A DNA stretch of 64,000 bases from Podarcis muralis (taxonomy: Eukaryota), in assembly GCF_964188315.1 (NCBI RefSeq), contig NC_135663.1, forward strand, positions 35,712,001 through 35,776,000, written 5' to 3'. The notes below the pieces were generated by a model. The model searched no databases. It saw only the letters and a program-made list of their open reading frames with translations, and was not told the origin of the DNA. The translations under genes were made by a program, and so were the position numbers. Positions 38,608-52,089 of the stretch are shown here, piece after piece (the stretch's first letter is position 1; every line of letters begins with the position of its first letter).

Positions 38608-38854
38608 GGGAAGAGGAGTTTGGATTTGATATCCCGCTTTATCACTACCCGAAGGAGTCTCAAAGCGGCTAACATTCTCCTTTCCCTTCCTCCCCCACAA
38701 CAAACACTCTGTGAGGTGAGTGGGGCTGAGAGACTTCAGAGAAGTGTGACTAGCCCAAGATCACCCAGCAGCTGCATGTGGAGGAGCAGGGACACGAACC
38801 CGGTTCCCCAGATTACGAGTCTACTGCTCTTAACCACTACACCACACTGGCTCT
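38608..38854 (-). mobile_element. CORE-type tRNA-derived SINE (Ther1/MIR-derived, Squam3-like)
   Basis: Minus strand: GCCAGTGTGGTGTAGTGGTTAAGAG A-box, GGTTCGTGTCCC B-box, CORE-like CTGGGTGATCTTGGGCTAGTCAC, L2-like 3' tail. Confidence 0.85.
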
Positions 38855-40699
38855 CTGGCCAGATTCTCCAGGGTGAAAGAAGTAACTGAACACACACAGC
38901 CACACACACATACACCTACAAATCTAAACACTGACTTCATAATATTGAGGGATTCAGCCAAGCAGCTCCTTTTCCAAGGGCAAAACTGCAGCTTTCAAAT
39001 TCAGTGCACAAAATACCACACTTCCCTACTTATCCCATTCTGTGTACGTTAAAAACAAATCAACTGCCTTTAAAGGTAGGCAGATGTGGCACTGGGAGGA
39101 GAAGGAGATGAGGAAAGGCAAGTATGTCAATAATTGTTCTGTCTAGAAATGGTTAAGTAAACAGCAAACACTAGCCCAGCTTATTTCATTCCAGTTTATT
39201 ATTATTATTATTTTGCAAACTCAAAGTCAAGGCACCACTTCATGAGACCCAAACACTGAGGTACAGAAGCTGGAGCAGGAAGAATCTACGAACTCCCCAC
39301 TCCCCGACTTGATAACTGAAGTGTATCATCACTGAATGTTCTTCTGTAATGGAGCCAAAATATGGCTACTTCCATTTCCCACACCCAAGCAGGCTTCTGT
39401 CTGAACATTCCACTCCAAACATTTCTCCAAATCAAACAGCACCATTAAATGTGAAAAGTGAGATCAATGGCAATGGTGCAAGCCCAGCTAATTTACACAA
39501 TTTCTTTTGTTTTTTAAAGACACAGTGTAACTGTCTAACACAATTTGCTGGATGAAGATGCAAAACAAAATGGAAAGCTACAGAATATATTGATTTCCTG
39601 GGTTGCATTGGCCAGGTCCACACATCACAGCAAGTCATACATTATGTCTTACTGTGCATGAGCAAAATCTTGCCTGCTTCAATCTTCCCCAATTGTACAG
39701 GGAGGAATTGCTGGTTACACAGAGAGTCTTAACCATACCTAGACAGTAGGCTATGCTGTGAAATTATTATTGACTATTATGCTGTAAATGTTTATGTGCA
39801 TGGTCATCTAAACCTATTTCTAAAACATTCTGTGCTATTCAGAGAATCCAGATCTGATTGAGAAATGGTATACAGATAGAAAGCAAGTCTATAAAATATT
39901 TTTGTACAGCATTAGGATTTCCTGAAGACCCAAATGTCAATGTGGTTCACCAATTTCCTTTGGTCCTTTAAGATGTGGCTTCATTTTAGAAGAGTATTTT
40001 TAATGTTTACAGGGTTATTTCATTTTGGGGGTAATATTTTCCCTTCTTCCTTTTAATAGACAATGCAGACAGGAGAGATCAACTATCCCGGCTTGTATTT
40101 AAGCACTAGCCTGGTAGCCACACGGGAAAAGAAGCTGCATAAGAACATCCTGTTCTCAGTGGCCGGACAGAGGCCAGGAGGTGAGTGAAACAGAACCTCT
40201 CTCCTTTGGCAATTCCCAGAAACTGGTATTCAAAGCATACGGATTTCAACAATGGAGGCAAAACACAGCCATCATGCAGGTGGCTGCACTAAATTCCATG
40301 TAGGCAATTGAAGGGATTGGCAGAAGAGGGATGCAGTACTCAGCCCTACCTCTGTGCCCAGCAGACTTTCAGAACAGACTGAATTCCCACCTCTCTTCTG
40401 CCAAACTCTAGCAGACTTGTTTGTCTGCATTCATTTATATTGCAGGCTAGTAACTTTAGTGAGCTCATTTACAAAAAGGTGCACTATTTTATTATCCAGA
40501 TTTGGTTAAATTGTGTAAAATGGTTGCCTATTTATTTCCTGAGCCAAATTCAGTGTTAGGGACTTGCTTCTACAGACCGAGATAACTTAGGAGTCAAATA
40601 CTCGAAGGAACACCTCTCCCTTTACCAGCCTGACCATGACTTGAAATCTTCTAAGGGAGTTGACTCTTTTCCAAATCTCATTGTTAGGGAAAGTGGTGA

Positions 40700-40965
40700 T
40701 ACAAGAGAAGGCCTTCTTGGTGGCAGTGCCCTCCCATAAGCAGTATGCCAGGTGCTGACATTGCTATCACTTTGGCACCTGGTCAAGACTTGTCTATTGG
40801 TGCAGGTGTTTTAAGAGCTTTACTCTTTGACCAGCTCTGCTGCAGTGTGTTTTGTTTTTAGCAGATTCTATTCTGATTGTTTTATTGTTATGTTTATATC
40901 ATGTATTGCACACCCTGCTCTGGGATCTATATAAATGAAGGGCAGGCCATAAATATTTTAAGGAA
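40700..40965 (+). mobile_element. L2-clade LINE 3' remnant
   Basis: GAAGGCCTTCTTGGTGGCAG (RAFS-like), T-rich 3'UTR, GAAGGGCAGGCCATAAATA tail. Confidence 0.55.
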
Positions 40966-42054
40966 CAACATAAATAAAATATTGTTGTGGCTCTTTGACT
41001 AAACCTCTCCCCCCACCCCTGCCCCAATCCACTGTAGCAATGAATCCCACAGATCAAGCAGCCTCTTCCCTCAAATTTTATATATAAACATTTTCCCCTC
41101 TCAGGTTACTGGATCAACTAGATAAACTTCTTCTTGTCTCAGTGCAAGTGCTATGAATTATCACGCCCTAATGTTTTGTTTTATGCTGCACCCAATCAAT
41201 TTTCTGACTGCTCCGTTCCACACAGCAATTCTAGCCCTCTAATCCTGCCGACTCCTAAAAGGCTCTTCTTCCTGAACTTCACGGCCACTGTGGCGTTAAA
41301 TGCACAGCCAGAATCTGGGTCTACCTTTCCTCCCCAAAGGCTAGCGTTTAATAATTAATACAATGGCCTCCGATTCCACATTCTGAATTGAAGATATGGG
41401 AAGCCTCATTCAGACCTCCTCACAAGTTTTAATTTTCCTCAGGATAAAGTATTCCCTGTGCATACAGAGCTCCCAAATAAGAACAGCCATTGTTTATTTG
41501 TTTGTTTAAAACATTTTGCCTTGCTCTTTTGCCTAGAAAGGCTCCTGGAGTGGGTTACAATATCCATAATAAGGCAGCCTTTTCATTCATGACACAAAAG
41601 GAAAAAAGGATGGCGATAGGGGAGACACACCAGCTCAATCACCAGCTCTAAGTTAGAGTTTCAAAACCCTTCTCCCCAACATCCAGAGCATGCAAACATG
41701 CAGTTGTCTTCTGAAACCGTCATTGCATCAGCATAAAAATTACCGGTTTCATTTCCTGAAGCATCCACCGAGTTGGGTGCTTTACTCAGTTTACAAATAA
41801 GAGCAAATCTTTATGGCATCACTGTCACCACTAAGCAGTGATTTAGCAGTACCAGAGAGTGCTAAATACGGTGGTGACTAAACAAAATAAAATAAAAATT
41901 CTTCCAGTAGAGACCAACTAAGTTTGTTACTGGTAGGGAGGAAGGCAGGGAGACTAACAGTAGGGGGAGCCAAAGTCAATGACAGGCCTAGCCAACTAAT
42001 TCTGCTTTTGTTGCCATACTTTTTCATATCGAGTTCAACATGGGCATCGCTCAG

Positions 42055-42373
42055 GTTACATTCACACCATACTTTCTAAGCGCTATGATTCTCCTAAACA
42101 GTAATGGCTTCCCCCAGAGAATTCTGGGAGCTCTCATTAGTTAAGGCACTGGAAGATGGTAGGGCACCTCTATTCCCCTTCCAGAGCTACAATTCGATGG
42201 GTGGTTTAACAATCCCTCTTCATAGGGAACTCTGGGAATTGAAGCTCTGTAAGAAGAACAGGGGTCTTCTACCAACTCTCAACACTCTTAAACTATAGCT
42301 CCCAGAAATCTTTGGGGGGAAACCACAACTATTTGAAGTGGCATCATACTACTTTAAATGTATGAATGCAGTC
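42055..42373. mobile_element. PIF/Harbinger-like foldback MITE
   Basis: GGTTACATTCAC...ATGAATGCAGTC termini with TTA on the right; inner inverted CTGGGAGCT/AGCTCCCAG arms. Related partial copies at about 3924-4120 and 22083-22260. Confidence 0.5.
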
Positions 42374-42718
42374 TTAGATTAAAGAGGAGGAAGCCGACAG
42401 TCAGTGCCACCCCATGAACTGATAGTAAGTTAGAAGGCAGGCAGATGGGGGCTCACTGGGGCAGACTGAGTTTGGTGGGGCAGGACCCCATTCATCCTAA
42501 TGGACCAGACTCCACTGCAGATAGAAGGTTCTCCAGGAACCCAGAAAAATGCAGAGAAGAGGTCTAAGCAGAGTGTGGTTTTATTAAAAGAACTTTGGCA
42601 TCAAAGCAAGACCTACCAAAACCTTTCATGGCTGTCAGGCAGGAAGTGAGAACTTGGGTCCTAAGCAAAACCTGGGCTTGGAATGGCTCCAGATTCTGGT
42701 ATGCTAGACTGGATAGAA

Positions 42719-42968
42719 CAGGGGTCAGCAACCTTTTTCAGCTGTGGGCCGGTCCACTGTCCCTCAGACCTTGGGGGGGGGGGACTATTTTTTTTTAATA
42801 AAAAAAGAACAAATTCCTATGCCCCACAAATAACCCAGAGATGCATTTTAAATAAAAGCACACATTCTACTCATGTAAAAACATGCTGATTCCTGGACCA
42901 TCCGCAGGCCGGATTGAGAAGGCCATTGGGCCAGATCCAGCCCCTGAGCCTTAGTTTGCCTACCCCTG
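42719..42968. mobile_element. hAT (Charlie-like) MITE
   Basis: TIRs CAGGGGTCAGCAAC / GTTTGCCTACCCCTG; 8-bp TSD GGATAGAA/GGCTAGAA. Confidence 0.9.
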
Positions 42969-45422
42969 GGCTAGAAGAACATGGACTGGGCTCTGTGCAT
43001 ATTGTGGAGATGATAAGAGAGCTTGCCATTGAGGCAGACAAGCCCCAGTTTGGGCAAGAGTTCAGGGAAAGTTGGGAAGGGAGTGTGTGTAATCTTCAGG
43101 CCCCCAGGAAATTGCAGAGAAGCAGAGTATTGCTTTATTAAAATAACTTTAGAAACAAGTACTCAGAGCAGGGGTTCAGTTCAAGGGTCTTGTTCCCTTG
43201 TAAGTAAAATTCCAGTGGGGCACATGCCTATGGTAGGCATGGATGCTCTTACTGGGTTTTTTAAAAAGCTCCCAGGACTCTTTTTGGTTAAAGAGTGGGG
43301 CAGAAGTACTTTTAAAGCAAACACACACATCCTGCTGCAGGCCCCAACACAGATGGAATGGCCAGGGGTGGGGGAAATGGGGCCACGCCTGCAATCTGCA
43401 TCGCCCAAAACTGTTCATTTAAAACTCCACTGCAAGATTCCATTTTAACTTGCTACTGCCAGTGTTCCTTCAGCTGAACAGTCATTCAAAACATACAGCC
43501 TTAGGGAGATGTCTCATGTTACTCATACTCTGAGTACATCCACTGAAACCAAGAAAATCCACTGCTTTCAGTGGGCCTACTCCAAATATGACTTAATTGG
43601 ACGTCACCTTTAGTTTCTGTGTTAATTACCAACTTTCTCCATCTACTTCCCTTCTGCCCACCCAGAAGCACTGCAATGTGTTTTAAAGTCATGAAAATAC
43701 CTAATAATAATAAAAGAAAAATATGATAAAGAAGTATAAGACTTAGGAATAAAACAAGGGAAAGCAAAAGCCCCTTTCCCAACCCTACTTCATGCTAAAG
43801 CTGAACCAGAGGAGAAACTATGTGAGCCACGTTAACCAAATAATTAAAAAAAAGCCCTCCAATTAAAGTGTTACAGTTCCTTTAAATCCCAGAACAAACG
43901 GTGCTGCTGCTCATGATCCTGGAGGATGCAGCGCAATAATTGTCACTTAGCCACTTAACTCCCTGCTGCATGGCTCAGTCACTCATTGTGGTTTATCTCT
44001 CAGCCAATTACTGCTGTCATTTGCATTTCAATGTGTACCATCAGGAGCCAGGGCAGAGGCAACAGCAGAACAGGAAATGGAAGCGCAGCAACTGGTTATT
44101 TGGGTTTGATTCAGACAACAATTTTGTGATTGGGGGACAGAGGTTTGCTCTCTAGAAATGAATTTGCCTTTGTTGTGCCTCCAGATTCCTTTCAGGCAGT
44201 CTCTGGGGTTGACTGACAAAACGGCAGTCAAATTTGTGGCGGAATGAAGCAATACAGGTTAAGTTTAGCTGTAAACCTGCTGAAGCCAATGGAAAAAATC
44301 ATCTAAGGCACATTTTCATGGTAGTAAAACCACTGAACTCAGTGGGATTTACTTCCAAGTAGGCATGCATAAGATTGCCCTGAAAGACTGAAGTAGTTGA
44401 AAACTGTTCTCAAATAAAAATAAAATGATGGACTGCATATTCACATTACATTATGCTCATATCTTCCTTACAATGAGCTCAGGGTAGTGTACAAGACAAT
44501 GTTGTGTCTCAACAACCCCATGAAATATGTTGGGCTGAGAGGGAGTGACCTGCCATGGTCACTCAATGAATTTCATGGCCAAGTGTCTCCTCTGCCCCAG
44601 TCCAAAAAACTAACTTCTACACAGGCTCATGCTTATTTATTTCATAAAATTTATACAGTATGCTGCTTGATTATAGGAAACCCCACATACTTGGGGAGCA
44701 ATTTATGATAGGATAGTGCTTTCATTCCTCTTTGTGTATTGTCATTCAACATTTAAATTGGCTCCCACCATACATGAATATAGTATAAATAGCCCATTTT
44801 TTTTAGTTACATGAGCCTATTTCTCTTTTTATTTAAGTAATTTAAATGTAAGATTTTGTTTCCTTTGTACTTTTAAATGTGCAAGCTGAAATTCAAGCTA
44901 GCCCACTAGGCACAAATATAACCTGGAACACTGCTCTTAAAGCTTCTGCATTCACAAGGTAGAACACAGCTAAAATTTACTGCCGAATTCCAGACATCTC
45001 TGTAAACAGCCCAGATGATTCACAATATTTAGTGTTTAGGGACCAGATTCTTCTTTTACCTAGTTGACAGAAGGAACATTAATCTTCTCCTGCATCTATC
45101 AGCAAGCTCACAATGACATTCCATCACGATGTGGTCTAGCAGCAGCAAACCAAAGGGAAGGGAGGCACCCACCTATACTAGTGGCATTTCAATGTATTTT
45201 TCTCTGTTACAAAAAACAAACAAATTGGCTATCCAATTTCTGCAGTCAACATGAACCAGATGCTATACAGAACCTTCCAATTTAATAGTATCAGGTCCAT
45301 TTCTTTGGCTTGGTTCATTAATGATTAGGACAATTCATTCCGAGATACAGGTATTATTAAGCACGAATGGAATATTTGCAAAACACTGATGAAGAGCAAA
45401 ATAAAATGCTACCCTTCCCTAC

Positions 45423-45492
45423 CGAAAATACGACTGGAAACTGGTCTTGCATCAGCTTAATGCAATCGCAGAAAAGTGTTACGCTCAACTGA
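45423..45492 (-). other. Candidate 70-nt (or 66-nt) exon
   Basis: ttttgtatctgcacag|TCAGTTGAGCG...ATTTTCG|gtaggg; four CpGs in 70 nt. Confidence 0.3.
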
Positions 45493-45631
45493 CTGTGCAG
45501 ATACAAAATCCAACAAAAAAAACCCTCTAAAAGAAAAATCTGATAGAAAAACATGGATGACTACAGTTCCCTTCCTTGTGCCACATCCACTTGTCCTAAA
45601 GAAAGAAAAAGGAAGCTGTCTTATTCTAGGT

Positions 45632-45762
45632 CCACCTAGCTCAGTGGGTAGAGCATGAGACTCTGAATCTCAGGGTTGTGGGTTCAAGTCCCATGTTGGG
45701 CAAAAGATTCCTACACTACAGGGGGCTGGACTAGATAACCCTTGTGGTCCCTTCCAACTGTG
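45632..45762 (+). mobile_element. tRNA-Lys-derived SINE with CR1-type tail
   Basis: CTAGCTCAGTGGGTAGAGCATGAGACTCTGAATCTCAGGGTTGTGGGTTCAAGTCCCATGTTGGGC plus the same tail as the 24389-24526 copy; CpG-decayed. Confidence 0.85.
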
Positions 45763-48700
45763 ACTGACAGCAGCTCCCCGGGCATTAGGGAGTGTCTCTC
45801 ATCACTTGTTACCTGGACATTTTAAACTGGAAATACCAGGGATTGAACCTGCATGCAAAGTGTGTACTATTCCATTGAGAGATCCCACCCAATTAACCCT
45901 GGCACCATGACACAAAGTGTCCAGAAATAATAACGCCTAAAAAAGCAAGCAGCTCATGTGTGAAAATCAGTTAACTGAAGGCCAATACAAAACAGCAATC
46001 TTTTCCTGCAGCTTTTTCTTAAGGTTGGAAAACGTAGATTCAAACCATCAGCTCCCCTCCCTCTGCAACCAAGTATATTGTTTTAGAGAGTCATGAAGAC
46101 CCAGGCAAAACTCTGGATTGCCCACAGGCGAAGTTACAGAGTCACTCAGTCACATCTCTCCAGACCACCCTGTTTCTATTTTAGTCCTACCTTTTAGAGA
46201 GTGTCACAGTTAACAGGAAAAAAGGTCATGTGCAAATCTTGTTCAAGCATAGAATCTATGAATTCATGGTCCTAGACTCCCGTCCCAAGGTAACATACCC
46301 AATGGGCTGTTCCACCAGGAATACCAAAAGCAGAAATAGAAGCTTTATACCTTTTTAAAGGATATAATATAAAGAGCCCTACTAGATCACTCCAAAGGCC
46401 AATTTAGTCCAGCATCCCATAGCCCACACTGGGCAGCCAGATGTCTATGGGAAGCCCACAATGATGGCTCTGCTCAAAAATCCTAGAACTGTATTGTGAA
46501 CCTGCTTAAGTTTCTAATGGTCTTCAAAGACAGCCCCACATACAGGGTGTTGCAGTAACACAGTCTTCTCATGGCCACAGTCAGATCCACCTTCGCTTAA
46601 AAAAACAGGCACAGCTGACTCACCAGCCCAAACTGGGTAAAAGCACTTCTGGCCACCAGTTGTTGGTGATTCCCCCCCCCCTTTCCAAAATCTGGGCCCA
46701 GCAAGCAGCTGATTCTCAAGTCCAGAATCTAACAACACAGTGCACTGTCATCGCTGGCACTGTCTGCAAAAAGCAGGCTGCCTCCATCAGGCAGAAGGGA
46801 AATGCCGAGTGCTTGAGGTGTAAGAATAGGTGAACTTGCTTCTACAAGTTATGTATGTGCACATCTAATTGCTTCTCTCTCTGAGTAGCATGTTTGTCTG
46901 TGGTAGGGCATGAGAGGGTAGAGCAGTGCAAACACTAGAAAATTATTACTTGCTTTCAGGCCTAGTACTATTCAAAAATAGCAATATTCAGAGCACTTTC
47001 CATTAGAAATGGCTCCAAGACCCACAACTCTCTAGACTGGACTTTACCATGCTGCCCTGACTATTCCAGCTGAAGGAGAATGGCAACATCTAGCAGTTGT
47101 TGGCTACAGCCGCTTCCATAATATTCGCAACTGCAAATTACTAATGCTTCCAAGTAGGACACAGAGCCTGTGTATCCAGATCTGCCGGTCTCTCTAAAAG
47201 AAGCACACCAAAAACCTGAAAAACAAACTTCCCAATTTCACTTCTAACCTGACCTCAGCTACTCTGAAATGCACAGCTAGATGAGGCAGAAACGTGACCT
47301 ACTAAGTGAGGAGTACAAAGAAAAAAGACCTAAGCAGCTTGAACAAGAGCCTGGAATGAAGATGGGAGGGAGAAGGAATGCAGGAATCATGCTAGGTGAA
47401 TTTGCTGACCTTCAGAGGTTATGACAGTAACAGAGTGACATAACATGGGCTGCAGCCAAAAACAGCACAGGCAGCCTTGAGAATACTCCAAGCAATCATG
47501 CTGCTTTTGTTAATACGCCTCAGTCCAAACTGGTCACACTGCTTCACTTTTCCCAGAACACATAAAGCAGAGCAGAGGCAGCACAAAGGGCACCATACCA
47601 AGCTAGCTTCTGTTTAAGCATATAGAACACGTCACAGACACACTTATGGGCATGATTCATACATGAATATGACGGAATAACCACTGTGGATTTAGGTCTA
47701 TAAGGCTAAGCTGGGGTGCTGGGTTCCTAATGCAACAAAACAGAAAATGGCAGCAAGAAAATGGCCTGCCACGTAACTCGCTGGCTTAATCATCTGGAGC
47801 TGTTCACTCTGCCGGTGGCTGTTTTGTGGGGCACATGTACCACTTCCTCTTGATTGTGCAGGTTGCTGTGGTGGGAGGGAGAGAAAATGGCGGGTGGATT
47901 GCCCTACTTTGTAGGGAGTACAATTAGTTCAGTAGTGTGTTTAGGTATGGGAAATGAAGGTTTAAATGCCCCACTTGGTCATGACACTTAATGGTTGTCC
48001 CGAGGCAAATCACCACAGCCTATCTTACAGAGTTGTTGTGAAGATAAAGGAAAACGAGAAAGCTCATTCACAGAAAGGATACTAGGAAGAATAAAAAATG
48101 GCCATTCTTGCCCTCTCAATGCCCTCTCCTCAAGAAATGAGAGGGTTGCCAACCCATGGCGCCCACGATTGCCTACAGTGAAACCCCCCAGGCAGTGGGC
48201 CCAGACTCTTTCTTTAAAAAAAAGAATGAAGGTTCAAGGTATGTCTATAGCATTCCTGAAAGAAAATTATGAAGCAAAGTGTGCAGGTTCTGATCTAAGT
48301 GATTTCTGTGAAATGAGTCAAGTTAGCTACTCCCACCTGCCACTGTTTTCAGCCAATGAGTGATTGATAAATGCTGTTTCGACACCAAGCTACAGGAATC
48401 ACTGTGGTCCCAATGGGATATAAATGCAATAAATAAGCTTCCCACTTAGCTGCTTAAGAAAGCTGGAGGGGCCAGCCAAGTGGAGATGTCAGTCACCATC
48501 CTGGCATCTAGGGATCTCCACATGGTCGCAACTGGACCCACACCAGTCACAAAACCCGTGTGATGCCTGGCTCATTTCTAGCACTGTCTGAAACTTGCCA
48601 CACATACCCTCTTCCTTGTCCAACAGAACAGAGATAAGAGGCCAATTGTGTGAGCCCCCTACAATATGATAGGTAGGATAATATTTTATATTCACAAAGT

Positions 48701-49734
48701 ATGGTTGTGGAACAGGCAAGTACAAGTTTGCAGTCTGCATAGCTGTCTTCACTATCTCCCAGTCAGCTTGGAGTATTATATCATTGTTTTGTTTCATGCT
48801 GAATGTTATTTTGCTGAATGATCACTGGCTCTTGGGATCTAAGCCCTGCTCTTACCTAGGAATGTCATGCTGATAATGAAGAGCAGTATGCCAAAGGATA
48901 CAGTCACAAGGAGGCATCTTTGGCAGAGGAAAGACTGCAGGAGTGCCTTTCATACAAAATGAACTGAAGCTGGCAAGATCACACTGAACTCTGCTCTGCC
49001 TCAGAGACCATGAAATAAGTAGATGTTAGCAATGGAGTTCAGCTGAACATACAAGAGGTGACCAAATTAAATATACATGCCTTGAAAACTAGAAAACTGG
49101 GAACTTGCATCCAGTGGGTCAACTCGATCTGGCAATTCTGCAGAAAGAGGGGGCTTGTCAGGTGGAAAGTGTCAATTAGCCATTTTATCACAGATGCAAC
49201 CCAGCTAACCTGCACTATGGGGAGCATACACTAAGCATAGTGAAGGACTTGGAACTTTTTATAGATATTTGGCTAAAATGTGTTGCTACAGACATCTTCC
49301 CCAATCTGGAGCCCTCATATGTTGTTGGACTATTTTTAGGAAATAAAAAAAAATTCTCAAGCTGAAGAGAGATACAAGTATTTCACTGACCCAGAACCCG
49401 CACTATTCTCGCTACAGCAGTGGTGGAAAGCTTGTGGCCCTCAACATATTGTTGTGCCTACTCCCACCAGCCCCAGCCAGGATTGCCAACCGTCAAGGAT
49501 GAATTGCAGTCTAACCCCAGTGTTAGAGAAATAGTATGTGTGTGTTATAAAACCTCAGGGTGCTCTGCCAATATTGAGGTGTTGCATCAATGGGAAAGAA
49601 ACTGCTTTTTTGTTTAATGGCATTCTCTCACCAAGGCTATCGAGAGAAGAATTCTGAGAAACTCCTGTGACGCTATATTTTAAGTTTTGGAAACAGAACT
49701 TGCTCCCTCCACAAGTCAATTAATTTCCACTCAC

Positions 49735-49945
49735 CTTGCTCCTCCAATATCTTCTCTCTCAACCCAGTAAAGTTGAGCTGAATTTTTTCAGAAGACTTTC
49801 TTCTGAAATTTTTCTTTCTCTCACTGCTTACCCCTCCCCCCAAAAACCCCCGATCTATTTGCAGAATTTTCTCTCGGGGGCATTGTGGAGAATGCAAAAT
49901 GGCGTCCAGGCTGCTAACACAGTTACTGCCGCCGCCATTTGTGGT
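49735..49945 (-). promoter_or_regulatory. Candidate alternative first (non-coding) exon/promoter of an unidentified minus-strand gene
   Basis: Consensus donor AAG|GTGAGT at 49735/49734; two inverted YY1-type motifs (AAAATGGCG 49896-49904; CGCCATTT 49933-49940); local CpG enrichment; octamer ATTTGCAT at 50071-50078. Confidence 0.45.
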
Positions 49946-50177
49946 GGCAGCAAAATAACAAAACTTTAGAAAAAAATAAACTGCGCTACTACCACTGCTA
50001 GTTCCACATCCTGAGAAACTAGGTGAAATGTTCTGCTGCCCACAAACAGGATGGACAGTTACAAGAGGCCATTTGCATACAGCTGTAACCTTTAAGCCTT
50101 TCCGAGGTTCTCTCCTTCCAGCCTTCACTATCCCTCTGTAATCCAGACCTAACAGGCAATCAGTTATTAACCTGTTA

Positions 50178-50403
50178 CAGTGGTACCTCGGGTTAAGAAC
50201 TTAATTCGTTCTGAAGGTCTGTTCTTAACCTGAAACTGTTCTTAACCTGAAGCACCACTTTAGCTAATGGGGCCTCCTGCTGCCACCATGCCGCCACAGC
50301 ACGATTTCTGTTCTCATCCTGAAGCAAAGTTCTTAACCTGAGGTACTATTTCTGGGTTAGTGGAGTCTGTAACCTGAAGCATCTGTAACCCAAGGTACTA
50401 CTG
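50178..50403. mobile_element. Tc1/mariner (Tigger/pogo-like) MITE, copy 1 of tandem pair
   Basis: TA-flanked; TIRs CAGTGGTACCTCGGGTTA / TAACCCAAGGTACTACTG; 226 bp. Confidence 0.9.
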
Positions 50404-50405
50404 TA

Positions 50406-50631
50406 CAGTGGTACCTCTGGTTACGTACTTAATTCGTTCTGGAGGTCTGTTCTTAACCTGAAACTGTTCTTAACCTGAAGCACCACTTTAGCTAATGGGG
50501 CCTCCCACTGCTGCTGCGCCGCTGCCGCACGATTTCTGTTCTCATCCTGAAGCAAAGTTCTTAACCCGAGGTACTATTTCTGGGTTAGCGGAGTCTGTAG
50601 CCTGAAGCGTCTGTAACCCGAGGTACCACTG
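50406..50631. mobile_element. Tigger-like MITE, copy 2 of tandem pair
   Basis: Shares the TA at 50404-50405 with copy 1; TIRs CAGTGGTACCTCTGGTTAC / GTAACCCGAGGTACCACTG; 226 bp. Confidence 0.9.
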
Positions 50632-52089
50632 TATATACAAAAGTTCTACATACACTTTGTTCCTATAAAGCGCCATGCATGGATAAAGTGTCAGGTATAG
50701 ATACAGAAAACTTGATTAAAAAAAAATATTACATGGTGATAAACCTTACAATTAAATATTTGTAAACAAGCTAGAAAGAGGAAAGTAAGGAAATATGGAG
50801 AGAGCATCCACAGTCATGTACTTGAATCAATTTCTAGTGTGGCAGGAAACCACTCACATGCAAATACAACTCTTCCAAGGGAGACATGCATCCTGACGGT
50901 AGCTGACTTTATTGTAACAGGAAGCCTCCCCCTTCCCATTATGCACTATTGGATTGGCTGAGGCAGACACTAACAGCAGCTTTTGCTCTCCTGCAAGGAG
51001 CTACAGGCTGCCAATTACAGGAACACAATATGTACAGTTGATGCAATGAAAAAAAATTGGAGGACGCATCAACCTCTGGCAACAACACAAATATTTTCAT
51101 TCAAATGATTGGAAAAAACCAAGACCTTGCCCAAAATAATAAAAGCACGCAAGGTCCCTCCCCCCCAGCCTAAGATACAGCTTTGAAACAAAATAATTCC
51201 AATATTGGCTTTTTAAAATGGCTTGTTAACAATTGTGCTGCAACTGCATCTGTCATTACAAAAGCTCTTTACCAGTGTTAATGTTTAACTGAATGTTTAC
51301 CAATTAATTAGCACTTGTAAGCTAACATTGTGTACAAAAAAAAAAAAAAAGCAGAGGGCAGTGCAAATTTAGCTCCTTTCCTTTCCATTCTTTGTAGCTA
51401 TTTTGTTTTTATGGGTAAAAATGTTTATGAGACACAGACCACCTTATACTTTCCTAGCAGCCTACAAACACAGAATAGGTCCTACCTGACAAAGCACTAC
51501 AAGAGAAAACTAACAAAAGGCTAAGCTGGAAGCGTGATCTGCAGACGGTAGAGGCCGACCCCAGCAACGCAAATGCACAAAACTGTGGAGGTCTGTGATT
51601 ATGCTGTGAACTGCAACCTTGGCTGGGAAGCTGTATCACTTTGAAATATGTTATTGGTATTGTCCATCTCCTCCCCCCACCCCACTCTGCATGAGCACAG
51701 ATGGTCAAACCTTACAACTAACCCTGTGCCATGGATAATGAGGTAATAACTTTGCTCAGGCAACAGCCCCTCTGGTTCCTACAGCCATTAACATCCAAAG
51801 AGCATCGATCTGCCACATGCCAGAAACAGAATGTGTCTTCACCAGCTAAACCATCCTGTGGTAAGAAAATGGTTCTAAGAGCTGAATAACTGTGCCATTT
51901 TAACTGCTTAGAAGCTGAGCATATAGATCGCTGCATCACAATGACACAAGCCGTCTTACCTTTGAAATACAAAAAGCACAAATATATGCACCAAAACTCA
52001 AGCATGAGAATCACAGTCTACAAAAGCAACAAAGAGTATTCCCATTGCCAATTTGCCTCACAAGGGGTACTTGAAAACAAAACCAGAAA

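Noticed and set aside
45632-45705. tRNA-Lys gene (and tRNA-Ile at 2990-3062, tRNA-Lys at 24452-24526)
   Set aside because: Stems are CpG-decayed, one anticodon is altered, and each runs into a CR1-type SINE tail; these are SINE heads, not tRNA genes.
48480-48600. Cys/Trp-rich peptide in ORF 48489-48797
   Set aside because: The DNA is a diverged inverted copy of about 61600-61720, so it is an interspersed repeat rather than an exon.
49673-50128. 151-aa minus-strand ORF
   Set aside because: It runs through the donor site into presumed intron and has low-complexity, non-homologous content; the region is better explained as a non-coding first exon.
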